A stretch of 64,000 bases of DNA. Origin: Rhodothermales bacterium (GTDB taxonomy: Bacteria > Bacteroidota > Rhodothermia > Rhodothermales > Bin80). Below the pieces are notes generated by a model. The model searched no databases, was not told the origin of the DNA, and saw only the letters and a program-made list of their open reading frames with translations. Each line of letters begins with the position of its first letter. The first letter of the stretch is position 1. The stretch spans positions 2,781,456 through 2,845,455 of the forward strand of contig OY762508.1 of the NCBI GenBank assembly GCA_963665975.1, given 5' to 3'. Of this stretch, positions 19,069-27,750 are shown one piece after another. The position numbers and the translations under genes were made by a program.

Positions 19069-19285
19069 GATGTGCGCTCCCGTGAAACAACTAAGGCGCC
19101 TTCTGGATTGACGGGCGCGATATGTCAAACACAGTTCCACGAGCATTTCACGAGCAGGTTCCGAACGAAGAAGCCACAGAATGGTTACTATGCGCCCTGT
19201 GGCAGCAAGTGACGACTATTCGTTTGCACCAGGCGCGGGTCTAACGCGCCGTGTTCCAAACCATCGCTTACGTTCAATATTTGGG

Positions 19286-21763
19286 ATGAGCACCTCACGC
19301 GGGCAACGCTCCATACAAGTATTAAAGTTTGGCGGCACGTCTGTAGGGACGGTAGAGCGTATTCAGCGCGTTGTGGGACTTGTCCGCAGAGTGGATGGCG
19401 GCGTGCAACGCGTGGTAGTGGTTTCGGCCCTCGGAGGCGTGACCGATGAACTGCTCCGATCAATAGACGAGGCACTCGAACGGACCGGACACCATCGGCA
19501 AGTTCTGCAAGGGCTGCGTGACCGCCACCGCGAAGCTGCCGAACGCCTGGCAATTCCCAAAGAAAGACCGGTCCTGAATGGTGTGCTCGAAGCATGCTGG
19601 GAAGAGGTCGAAAACCTTCTGGAGGGCATCTACCTCCTGGGAGAATGTACGCCTCGCACGCGCGATGCCGTGCTTAGCATCGGCGAGCGGGCATCGGCAC
19701 CCCTGGTGGCGGCGGCATTCAACATGGCCGGCGAGGATGCTGTTGCACTAGATGCACGCACCCTGATCCGAACGGACAATACGTATGGCGAGGCCAGCGT
19801 CGAGTTCACCGAGTCCGGAAATCTGATCGCCAAGACGTTTGAGGATTTTTCACCAGATCAGATTGCCGTAGTCACGGGCTTTATCGCATCCACCGACAAT
19901 GGGGAAACGACGACGCTCGGCCGCTCGGGCAGCGATTATACCGCAACGATTCTGGGTCGTGCACTGTTGGCGGAACGGGTCGTCATATGGACGGATGTAG
20001 ACGGCGTACTGTCGGCGGACCCGAAGGACGTGCCAGAGGCTTTCCCGCTCTCGCGGCTTAGCTACTCTGAAGCCGCAGAAATGGCCTATTTCGGAGCCAG
20101 GGTGCTCCATCCGCGCACTATGCGTCCGGTGCGAGACCAGGGCATCCCCCTGCTCATCAAGAATTCGCTGAATCCCGAGGCCGCAGGAACGCTGATTTCC
20201 AGAGAGTCGCACGCAGTCGATCTGCGAGTCAAGGCGATATCCACTATTCGAGGAGTAGCCGTTGTGATGCTGGAAGGTGGCGGGATGCTCGGCGTGCCGG
20301 GCATCGCCGCACGTGTGTTTGGGTCCCTGGCAGACAAGCAGATCAACGTGCTGATGATCGCCCAGGCTTCCAGCGAGCACAGCATCTGCCTGGTCGTTCG
20401 TGAGCAAGACGCCGCCGCGGCCGTGGATGCACTCAAGGCTACGTTTGTCACAGAGCTGGGTCGAGGAGACGTAACCAGAATCTATGCGGTGTTCGCTTGT
20501 GCCGTTATTTCGGCCGTCGGCGATCAGATGCGCCACTCCCCGGGACTCGCAGGCCGCATGTTCGCTACGCTCGGACGCAGTCGAGTCAACGTATTGTCTA
20601 TCGCACAGGGTGCTGCCGAGACCAATATTTCGGCCGTCGTCCGTGACGACGAGGTGCGCCTCGCGGTTCGCGCCCTGCATGAAGCCTTCCCCCTGGCACG
20701 TCTCAGGGCGCATGTTTGCCTGCTGGGATCGGGGCGCGTGAGCCGGCAGCTACTCGGTATCATCGCCTCGCAGGCATCAGACTTGCTGGACCGGGTGAGC
20801 CTCAATTTGCGGATCATTGGACTAGCAAATTCCAGCAAGATGTGTTGGGACACGGATGGAATTGCGCCAGAGCGCGTCATGGAGGAATTGGAGGATGGGG
20901 TGTCAACAAATCTGGATTGGCTGATTGAGCAGCTTGGGGCAAGCAGACTGGAACGCGTGATACTTGTAGATGCTACGGCCTCAGAGCGTGTCGCTGGGCT
21001 GTATCCCAAATTCCTGGAACTTGGCATCGGTGTGGTAACTGCAAGCAAACTCGCCAACTCCGCCGACATGGGCTACTACCGGCGCCTTCAGAAAGCAGCG
21101 CGCCGGCGGGAAGTCGCTTACCGCTATGAAACGACCGTGGGCGCCGGACTACCCGTGTTGTCCACAATTCGAGACCTGGTGCGGTCTGGAGACCGCATTC
21201 GCAGTGTAGAGGGCGTATTGTCGGGTACGCTGGGCTATATTTTCAACGAGATCGAAACGGGACGACCATTTTCAGAAGTCATCATGGAGGCACATGCCCT
21301 CGGCTATACGGAGCCGGATCCATGGATCGACCTGGCGGGCGAAGATGTAGCACGCAAACTGTTGATCCTAGTGCGTGAAATGGGCGTCGAGGCAGAGCGG
21401 GAAGATGTAGACGTTGAGTCGCTTATTCCGGCGAACCTTCCTCACGGAACGATGGAAGAATTCCGCGCATCGCTGCCCAGCATGGACGCGTACTGGTCAA
21501 AGCGCGTCGAGGCTGCCATACGCGAAGGGAAAAGCCTTCGGTACGTTGCCACATTTGATGGCGAGCGGTTAAGTGTAAAGGTTCGAGCTTTGAATGCAGA
21601 TTCTCCGTTTTCCCGGCTTCACGGAACAGAAAACGCGGTCATCATTCGTACGGATCGCTATGACTCCATGCCCATGGTAGTCCGGGGACCGGGAGCTGGT
21701 CCCGATGTCACCGCAGCAGGACTTCTGGCGGATATCATTAAGGCGGCCGAATTGATGCCGTAA
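19286..21763 (+). CDS. thrA: Bifunctional aspartate kinase / homoserine dehydrogenase
   Basis: N-terminal aspartokinase (IQVLKFGGTSVGTVERIQRV...), ACT region, and C-terminal homoserine dehydrogenase (ETTVGAGLPVLSTIRDL...GPGAGPDVTAAGLLADI). The start is set at MSTSRGQRS, upstream of the KFGGTS motif. Confidence 0.9.
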   Translation: MSTSRGQRSIQVLKFGGTSVGTVERIQRVVGLVRRVDGGVQRVVVVSALGGVTDELLRSIDEALERTGHHRQVLQGLRDRHREAAERLAIPKERPVLNGVLEACWEEVENLLEGIYLLGECTPRTRDAVLSIGERASAPLVAAAFNMAGEDAVALDARTLIRTDNTYGEASVEFTESGNLIAKTFEDFSPDQIAVVTGFIASTDNGETTTLGRSGSDYTATILGRALLAERVVIWTDVDGVLSADPKDVPEAFPLSRLSYSEAAEMAYFGARVLHPRTMRPVRDQGIPLLIKNSLNPEAAGTLISRESHAVDLRVKAISTIRGVAVVMLEGGGMLGVPGIAARVFGSLADKQINVLMIAQASSEHSICLVVREQDAAAAVDALKATFVTELGRGDVTRIYAVFACAVISAVGDQMRHSPGLAGRMFATLGRSRVNVLSIAQGAAETNISAVVRDDEVRLAVRALHEAFPLARLRAHVCLLGSGRVSRQLLGIIASQASDLLDRVSLNLRIIGLANSSKMCWDTDGIAPERVMEELEDGVSTNLDWLIEQLGASRLERVILVDATASERVAGLYPKFLELGIGVVTASKLANSADMGYYRRLQKAARRREVAYRYETTVGAGLPVLSTIRDLVRSGDRIRSVEGVLSGTLGYIFNEIETGRPFSEVIMEAHALGYTEPDPWIDLAGEDVARKLLILVREMGVEAEREDVDVESLIPANLPHGTMEEFRASLPSMDAYWSKRVEAAIREGKSLRYVATFDGERLSVKVRALNADSPFSRLHGTENAVIIRTDRYDSMPMVVRGPGAGPDVTAAGLLADIIKAAELMP

Positions 21764-21817
21764 CGACCCGGCGCTAAGCGCGCTGATCACCAAGCTCAAC
21801 CGGGAGCAAGGGCCATC

Positions 21818-22555
21818 ATGAAGATCGCGCTCGTAGGTACTGGCCGTATGGGAAATGCGGTGGAAGCGGTGGCCGCTTCGCGAGGGCACGCCATTGTTGC
21901 GAGATTCAACAGCTTGCACCCGCTAGCGTCGGCCGGCAGCCCCGTGGCCATGGCTGGCGCCGAGGTGGCAATCGACTTTTCGTTGCCTTCCCTGGTTGTG
22001 GATCATGTGCGGCATTACTGCGCATGGCGCCTGCCAGCGGTGATCGGCACCACGGGCTGGTACCAGGCGCTATCTGACGTGGAAGCTCTGGTGGCATCCG
22101 GTGCCGCACCTATTTTGTATGCTCCGAACTTTTCTCTCGGCATTGCCGTGCTCGACCATGCGCTGCGTGCGGTGGGTCCAATCCTGGATCGGCTCCCCGA
22201 GTTTGATGTGGCACTACATGAAGTCCACCACACCAGCAAGGTTGACCGCCCAAGCGGGACGGCGCTCGCCCTCGCTGAGACGTTGGTAGACAGTCTGGAG
22301 CACAAGAAGCACCTCGAGACCACGCCGCCTGATGGAGCAGTGGACCCCGAAGCTCTCCTGGTCACCTCCAGCCGTATCGGCAGCGTTTTCGGCGAGCATA
22401 CGGTCACCATGGACAGTCCTTATGACCAGATCGTGCTATCACATGCGGCCAAGAATCGGCAGGGCTTTGCTCTGGGCGCTGTCAAGGCAGCAGAATGGCT
22501 GCCGGGCCATAAGGGGCTCCTGACGCTCGCCGATGTGCTCCAGGACTGGCTATAG
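21818..22555 (+). CDS. dapB: 4-hydroxy-tetrahydrodipicolinate reductase
   Basis: MKIALVGTGRMG Rossmann N-terminus and the DapB signature EVHHTSKVDRPSGTALALAE. Confidence 0.9.
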   Translation: MKIALVGTGRMGNAVEAVAASRGHAIVARFNSLHPLASAGSPVAMAGAEVAIDFSLPSLVVDHVRHYCAWRLPAVIGTTGWYQALSDVEALVASGAAPILYAPNFSLGIAVLDHALRAVGPILDRLPEFDVALHEVHHTSKVDRPSGTALALAETLVDSLEHKKHLETTPPDGAVDPEALLVTSSRIGSVFGEHTVTMDSPYDQIVLSHAAKNRQGFALGAVKAAEWLPGHKGLLTLADVLQDWL

Positions 22556-22585
22556 CATCCTGTAACCCTATCCCAATTCAATCAT

Positions 22586-23482
22586 ATGCTATTTAGAGGA
22601 ACAGCCCCGGCATTGGTGACTCCCTTTGCACAGGACGGCGCTATTGACAACACCGCCTTTTGCCGACTGATAGACCGGCAGATAAAAGGCGGCGCGGACG
22701 CGCTCGTCGTGCTGGGGACTACCGGAGAAAACGCCACGATCTGGCCAGACGAGCGCCGACGCCTGGTGGATCTCGCGCTTGAGCACACGGCTGGCCGACT
22801 TCCGGTTATCATTGGGACAGGCAATAATTCCACAAGCGAAAGTATTGTTTTTTCAAAGGAGGCGGCCGCCTCTGGCGCGGATGGCCTGTTGGTAGTGGGC
22901 CCGTACTATAACAAGCCCACGCAGCTAGGATTTGAAGCCCACGTGGCGGCTATCGCAGACGCCACGGATCGTCCGATCATTCTGTACAATGTGCCTGGTC
23001 GTACAAGCTTCAACGCTACAGCGGAAACCACGCTGCGAATTGCAGATGCCGTACCCAGTGTGGTTGGCGTCAAAGAGGCTTCCGGCGACCTGGCCCAGAT
23101 TTCAGACATTCTGGCACATCGCACCGACCGGCTTGCGGTCTATGCCGGGGATGACGAAATGGCGCTCCCGCTCCTGGCGCTGGGGGCCGATGGCGTCATC
23201 TCGGTGGTCAGCAACGTGTTGCCTCGGCAGTTTGGCGGTCTCGTGCGCGCGGGACTCGCAGGAGATTTCTCCGCGGCCAAAGCACTGCAGTTCGGTCAGT
23301 TGGAAGCCATGCGCGCCTGCTTTTACGAAACCAATCCTGTGCCGGTGAAGACGGTCCTGGCGGACATGGGCCTCATCCAACTCTATCTTCGGCTGCCGCT
23401 GGTTGCGATGACGCCAGACAACCGCGACCGCGTGATTGCGGCCTTCGAACCCCTTCTGGAAGGAGAAAACTCAGCACTGTAA
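22586..23482 (+). CDS. dapA: 4-hydroxy-tetrahydrodipicolinate synthase
   Basis: ALVTPFAQDGAIDNTAF...VVLGTTGENATI...ILYNVPGRTS...VGVKEASGD. This is the typical DapA length and motif set. Confidence 0.92.
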   Translation: MLFRGTAPALVTPFAQDGAIDNTAFCRLIDRQIKGGADALVVLGTTGENATIWPDERRRLVDLALEHTAGRLPVIIGTGNNSTSESIVFSKEAAASGADGLLVVGPYYNKPTQLGFEAHVAAIADATDRPIILYNVPGRTSFNATAETTLRIADAVPSVVGVKEASGDLAQISDILAHRTDRLAVYAGDDEMALPLLALGADGVISVVSNVLPRQFGGLVRAGLAGDFSAAKALQFGQLEAMRACFYETNPVPVKTVLADMGLIQLYLRLPLVAMTPDNRDRVIAAFEPLLEGENSAL

Positions 23483-23492
23483 TCGTCTCTGA

Positions 23493-23846
23493 ATGACAAG
23501 CGCAGTAAACCTTTCCGAGTCCCTCGCCCGCTTAGATGAATTCTGGAGCCCGCGGGTAGTCGGCGCCCTGAATGGGCAGCATGTCAAGCTGGCGAAGGTA
23601 TTCGGGGAATTTGTCTGGCACCGGCACGAGGAGGAAGACGAGCTCTTCCTGGTCGTAAAGGGACGCCTGCTGATCCGGCTTAAGGAAGGCGAGGTCACCG
23701 TAAAAGAGGGTGAATTCTTTATTGTCCCGCGTGGGACAGATCACCAACCTGTGGCAGAGGAGGAGGCACACATCCTGTTGTTCGAGCCGGAAACCACGCG
23801 CAGGTTGGGTGACAAGGAGGGCGTGGCGGATCCTGTGCGCGACTAG
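23493..23846 (+). CDS. Cupin-domain protein
   Basis: 117 aa with a single cupin barrel (WHRHEEEDELFLVVKGRLLIRL...EFFIVPRGTDHQPVAEEEAHILLFEP). Confidence 0.75.
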   Translation: MTSAVNLSESLARLDEFWSPRVVGALNGQHVKLAKVFGEFVWHRHEEEDELFLVVKGRLLIRLKEGEVTVKEGEFFIVPRGTDHQPVAEEEAHILLFEPETTRRLGDKEGVADPVRD

Positions 23847-23967
23847 AGACCGCCGGGTCTAAGAACTTCCAGTTCGACCGTCACGCGCGCGTAGCTGCCG
23901 AAGACGCCATGTGCGCCGCGCACGGGCTCCAGCGGATTGGGGATTTCGCCAGGCGCGAACGTAGAGC
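23843..23967 (-). pseudogene. Orphan 3'-end fragment of the DUF4249 gene (displaced copy)
   Basis: Encodes ...STFAPGEIPNPLEPVRGAHGVFGSYARVTVELEVLRPGGL*. This duplicates the last ~40 codons of the intact gene at 26830-27738, but nothing homologous lies upstream of it. Confidence 0.85.
23855..23967. repeat. 113-bp direct repeat, copy 1 (att-like boundary of island)
   Basis: gggtctaagaacttccagTtcgaccgtcacgcgcgcgtagc...gcgaacgtagagc is identical to 26842-26954 except for one t/c difference. Confidence 0.9.
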
Positions 23968-24125
23968 GTCCTGTGCATTGCTTGCAACGGTGCACGACTG
24001 GAGTGCGAAATAACGATCCCTCTGACCTGGAATCAACTCTTTTCACACGCTATCGATCTGGCGTGCTATCGTCTTTGTTCTTGCCAGCCACACCATCTCG
24101 GGCTTTTGCCCTCGACTTCCGCCAC

Positions 24126-24369
24126 TTATGGTGATTCCCAGGTTTTTCTCACGAAATCGCGCCCGTTCGGTGTTAGACGATAGAGCTGGTTCCTGCTGCG
24201 TGGTTTGTCCGGGATGGTCATTTCGATCAGCCTCGCTTCGAGGGCAGGTCGAAGGAAGATACGCGGTTGGAAAGTGGTACCGGTGAGCCCGTCCTAAAGC
24301 AGCTTGCAATTGGGTGCGGCCCATTTCGCCATTCAGGGCCACCACCAGTCGTTTGACTTGCTCGGTAGG
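24126..24369 (-). pseudogene. Decayed second C-terminal winged-helix module of the AlbA_2 protein
   Basis: In frame behind the TAA at 24370-24372: [38 protein letters not shown], then a frameshift. DNA at 24130-24360 is a close paralog of 24700-24915. A 4-bp tandem duplication (CTTC CTTC on the coding strand) breaks the frame. Repairing it restores ...[34 protein letters not shown]. Confidence 0.75.
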
Positions 24370-26112
24370 TTACTTGGCACCTTGCTTGGTGACTTGGTCG
24401 GTAGCTTGGTCGGTAGCTTGGTCGGTAGCTTGGTCGGTAGCTTGGTCGGTAGCTTGGTCGGTAGCTTGGTCGGTAGCTTGGTCGGTAGCTTGGTCGGTAG
24501 CTTGGTCGGTAACTTGGTCGGTAACTTGGTCGGTAGCTTGGTCGGTAGCTTGGTCGGTAGCTTGGTCGGTAGCTTGGTCGGTAGCTTGGTCGGTAACTTG
24601 GTCGGTAACTTGGTCGGTAACTTGTCTCGTGGCTTGCCCGGTTTCTTCCTCGGCAGAGTGATCGTTCCTTACCCGCGCCCCCATCTCGGGGTACGGTCGG
24701 AAGAGGACCGTCACGAATTCGTGTCCTTCCGGTGTCAGACGATAGCGCTGATTCTTGCTGCGTGGTTTGTCCGGGATGGTCATTTCGATCAGTCCGGCTT
24801 CGAGGGCAGGTCGAAGATACGCGGTAGTGAAGTGGTACCGGTGAGCCAGTCCTAAGGCAGATTGCAACTGGGCGCGGCCCATTTCGCCATTCAGGGCCAC
24901 CACCAGTCGTTCGACTTGCGCGGTAACTTGTTCGGTATCGTGCCCGGGTTCTTCCCTAGCAAATTGATCATGCCTTGCTTGGGTCCTCACCTCGGGATTC
25001 GGTCGGAAAATGACCGTCACAAATTCGTCGGTCACAAATTCTGGTTCCGGGCACCGCAACCCCCTGGACTCGTCGCGGATGCGCCGGATGCCGGTTCCCG
25101 CCTTCTCGATGAAGCCGATGCGGTGGAGCAGATCCGCAATCAGTGCGTTCCGTCGAACGCTGCGACGACCAAGATCGGCAAGCGACAAACCTCGGGGTAG
25201 GCCACCTGGGCTTACCACTTCGACCCGGTCGGCGTAGATCTCGACGAAGATGTTGGCACCGGCAAAGAACCAGTCCCGATGCATGACGGCGTTGGTGATC
25301 GCTTCGCGCAGTGCGTTGATTGGGTACTCGGGGATATCCTGCCGCTGGAGCCCCTCAATGCGGTAGGCCGTACGAGTATTGCGCTCGACGAATCTCAGCG
25401 CATCCTCGATGTCGGCCACGACGCCACCGTCGAAGTCCTTGCGGTCCAGGATGTGAACCTTGTCGGTACCCCTCGCCAGCAGGCAGGTGATGTAGGCCTC
25501 GGGAAAGAAATGGCGCACGTTCTTGGCGAAAAACAGCACGCCAGCGTTGCGGAAGAGCAGCGTTCTATTTACTCGCTCAGCAACCTCGATGTTGACGAGC
25601 ACGTCCTCGACCAGAGGCCAGCCGGAAATTCCAGAAAGACGAAGCCATGCATCGAACTTCTCGTGGTCAAAATCCTCCGGGTACTTGAACTCGACGCAGG
25701 GTGCCAGATCGAAGCGGACGGCGCCCTCCGCCCGAAAGAAATCGCGAATTTCCTCGCGGGTCAGCTTTTGCGTCACCGCGCCCTGCCGCCAAAAGAAGCC
25801 GTCGCTGCACTGCACGGGTTTGGAATTGCTCTCCCTGACGTGGACGGCAAACACTTGTCCGACCGGTTCCGTCCGCACCCGGACCGGTGGATCGCAGTTG
25901 CGTGCAATGTCCTGGATGCGGGCACGTAGAGTATTGGTATCCCGAACACCGGTCACGGCGCCATCGTCCCCCACACCTAGAAGAATCTTGCCGCCGATGG
26001 TGTTCGCTAGTGCCACAAGCTCTCGCGCGAACGACGACGAGAGGCGTTCCTTGAATTCGAGGGTCGTCCCTTCCCCCTCCTGGATGAGAATGTCTAGATC
26101 ATCGGGTGTCAT
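24370..26112 (-). CDS. AlbA_2 (Schlafen-like divergent AAA) + HATPase_c_4 + winged-helix protein with a TDQ[A/V] repeat tail
   Basis: Start at [56 protein letters not shown] (AlbA_2). The middle region [17 protein letters not shown]...[14 protein letters not shown]...[14 protein letters not shown] is HATPase_c_4-like. Next comes [61 protein letters not shown] (wHTH), followed by about 20 tetrapeptide repeats. Confidence 0.8.
   Translation of the reverse strand: MTPDDLDILIQEGEGTTLEFKERLSSSFARELVALANTIGGKILLGVGDDGAVTGVRDTNTLRARIQDIARNCDPPVRVRTEPVGQVFAVHVRESNSKPVQCSDGFFWRQGAVTQKLTREEIRDFFRAEGAVRFDLAPCVEFKYPEDFDHEKFDAWLRLSGISGWPLVEDVLVNIEVAERVNRTLLFRNAGVLFFAKNVRHFFPEAYITCLLARGTDKVHILDRKDFDGGVVADIEDALRFVERNTRTAYRIEGLQRQDIPEYPINALREAITNAVMHRDWFFAGANIFVEIYADRVEVVSPGGLPRGLSLADLGRRSVRRNALIADLLHRIGFIEKAGTGIRRIRDESRGLRCPEPEFVTDEFVTVIFRPNPEVRTQARHDQFAREEPGHDTEQVTAQVERLVVALNGEMGRAQLQSALGLAHRYHFTTAYLRPALEAGLIEMTIPDKPRSKNQRYRLTPEGHEFVTVLFRPYPEMGARVRNDHSAEEETGQATRQVTDQVTDQVTDQATDQATDQATDQATDQATDQVTDQVTDQATDQATDQATDQATDQATDQATDQATDQATDQATDQVTKQGAK
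24388..24627. repeat. 12-bp tandem repeat array, about 20 units (GGTAGCTTGGTC / GGTAACTTGGTC), in-frame coding
   Basis: Read directly: one GGTGAC unit, 9 GGTAGC, 2 GGTAAC, 5 GGTAGC, 2 GGTAAC, and one degenerate unit. On the coding (minus) strand this translates to (TDQA/TDQV)n. Confidence 0.95.
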
Positions 26113-26213
26113 GCGGATTCCTCGGATCGCCGGGTGATGCGAGAAGGATGGCGTGTCTTCTGAATGTAGCGCTTGATGAGGAATTCGCGTACCCAATCAT
26201 TTTCGTAACCGTC

Positions 26214-26445
26214 TCACTCGTTGAGAGTCGTAGATTCCAATGGTCTGCTCTCCGTCTGATCATCGGCGCTGTTCTGCACCCACGCGTCTACTTGCGAGGA
26301 TCAGAGCCGAAACATCTGTCCTACGCGATGTGCCGACAGGCCCTTCGTGTCGACCCATCGATTGATCGTGTCTTTGATACCTGCAGGTGGTCAGTTCCGT
26401 CCGCGATGTCAACCCAAGGTTCTTCAGATGCCAGATTCTACTGCC
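26214..26445 (-). pseudogene. Decayed excisionase-type HTH (HTH_17-like) gene upstream of the AlbA_2 gene
   Basis: My translation gives ...EEPWVDIADGTDHLQVSK | (frameshift) | DTINRWVDTKGLSAHRVGQMFRL*SSQVDAWVQNSADD. The pattern matches xLTvxEaAxyLgVSkxTiyRWvxxGxlpaxrvGxxwRFxxxevDaWl. There is no start codon, and there is one frameshift and one in-frame TGA. Confidence 0.5.
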
Positions 26446-26829
26446 TCCGTCTTCGGGTAGGCACGCCTACCGTAGATTGTACAACATCATCACCGGATCA
26501 TAAGCATCATTCAAAGTAAGGAGCACAAAAAGCACACAAATCCATCGTGTCCACCAAATCGCGCACGAAATGGGGGATATGCTGTTTCGGCATTTACTCC
26601 CGAAGCGACGAGGGCAACTATGAATCCGGAATACAAGTGTGGCCCGTGGTGTGCATAACAGCTGTACACGGTTCTAAGGATGCAGACGAGAGGACAAGAA
26701 CATCATGTGGACACCACTAATATCCGACATATAGACACTAACGGCACCCGTAGAACCCGGCCAACTGTACTTCGCACCCAAACGCACCACGATATAGTCA
26801 GCAAGGGCCGCTTCTACGGCGCAGGCCCC

Positions 26830-27738
26830 TTAGGAGCCGCTGGGTCTAAGAACTTCCAGCTCGACCGTCACGCGCGCGTAGCTGCCGAAGACGCCATGTG
26901 CGCCGCGCACGGGCTCCAGCGGATTGGGGATTTCGCCAGGCGCGAACGTAGAGCCACCCTGTTGTACGCTCTGCGACCGGAAGAAGTCGTATAGGTTGTC
27001 GTCCAGAGCGTTGATGCTAATCCGGTTGGGACCAAAGAAAACGGTTCCAATCCACGGGTAGCGTATGGTCAGCGTACCATCTGAATTGACGGCATAGTTA
27101 TTCTCATTAAGAAGGGGGGAGCCGCGCACACGCAGGTCTTCGATGGTGTCCACGCCTGCCGGCATCGCATCAAGGATAGAGGCGCCAATCGGTGTCAACT
27201 GATCTTCTCGCGGATCCAGGGATTCCGTGACAAAGATGTAGTAGTTCTGGCTGCGCCCAGGCACGCTGCTGCGCGTAACCGTGATTTCGAGTTGTTCGTT
27301 GGTTTGGTACACCGCGCGTTGCAGTGTAGCGTTGACCACGCCGAAGGTGTCAGGCACAACGGTAGTACCGGTAATGGAGGCGCCCGTCTCGGGAATAAGC
27401 ACTTCGAGTCTGTAGGTCTCCAGGGGCTGTGCCCGAGCCGCTGGACTGGCAGGCAGGTAGATGCCTGGCTGCTCCGGGTCTTCACGATACTCCTCCATGG
27501 ATCCATCGGCTTTCGTAGGATGCAGCGCTACGGTAGCGTCGCGGACGGCGAGCCTTGAAAAATCGTACGATTCGGTTACGCCGGTCGTTCGACTTAGCCG
27601 AATTGGAGGCAGTGGCTCATCGGAGACGAGAATGGCTTCAACGACGTACTCGGGTGGTAATCCACCAGGGTCTGTGCTGTCGCAGGCCGCAACGAGGCCT
27701 AACAATGTCAACACCAGGATATTCGATGGTCGTCTCAT
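26830..27738 (-). CDS. DUF4249-family lipoprotein (usual partner of CarboxypepD_reg TonB-dependent barrels)
   Basis: Lipobox (LLGLVAACDS). The C-terminal motif GEIPNPLEPVRGAHGVFGSYARVTVELEV is typical of DUF4249. It lies directly downstream of the barrel gene at 27751-30018. Confidence 0.7.
   Translation of the reverse strand: MRRPSNILVLTLLGLVAACDSTDPGGLPPEYVVEAILVSDEPLPPIRLSRTTGVTESYDFSRLAVRDATVALHPTKADGSMEEYREDPEQPGIYLPASPAARAQPLETYRLEVLIPETGASITGTTVVPDTFGVVNATLQRAVYQTNEQLEITVTRSSVPGRSQNYYIFVTESLDPREDQLTPIGASILDAMPAGVDTIEDLRVRGSPLLNENNYAVNSDGTLTIRYPWIGTVFFGPNRISINALDDNLYDFFRSQSVQQGGSTFAPGEIPNPLEPVRGAHGVFGSYARVTVELEVLRPSGS
26842..26954. repeat. 113-bp direct repeat, copy 2 (inside the intact DUF4249 gene 3' end)
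   Basis: See 23855-23967. Confidence 0.9.
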
Positions 27739-27750
27739 GTGGCAATGACC

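Larger units (their letters stand above)
23968..26841. mobile_element. Degenerate integrated island (no integrase left) between the 113-bp direct repeats
   Basis: Bounded by direct repeats that duplicate the 3' end of a protein-coding gene. It contains one intact accessory gene, two decayed gene fragments and about 0.6 kb of non-coding DNA. Confidence 0.6.

Noticed and set aside
19069-19285. Possible lysine/threonine riboswitch or leader peptide upstream of thrA-dapB-dapA
   Set aside because: I could not recognise L-box conserved cores or a Thr/Ile-rich leader ORF by eye. An Infernal scan is needed to decide.
19850-20713. Long antisense ORFs inside well-supported genes (for example 19850-20713, 29152-30117, 48527-49510, 7695-8576, 50017-50814, 31881-32726)
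   Set aside because: These are typical high-GC antisense open frames with Arg/Ser/Pro-rich low-complexity translations, and each opposite strand carries a recognisable conserved protein.
24388-24627. Possible CRISPR array
   Set aside because: The units are 12 bp and contiguous with no spacers, lie in frame inside a CDS, and have no cas genes nearby.
24304-24855. 183-aa plus-strand ORF full of LVGS repeats (and the parallel 115-aa WSVA ORF)
   Set aside because: These are antisense or alternate-frame readings of the 12-bp tandem array. The minus-strand frame is continuous with a well-supported AlbA_2/HATPase_c_4 protein.
23968-26841. The island as a prophage or a defined anti-phage defence system
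   Set aside because: No phage structural genes, integrase or known multi-gene defence architecture are present. There is only a single AlbA_2-type ATPase, so any defence role is speculation.
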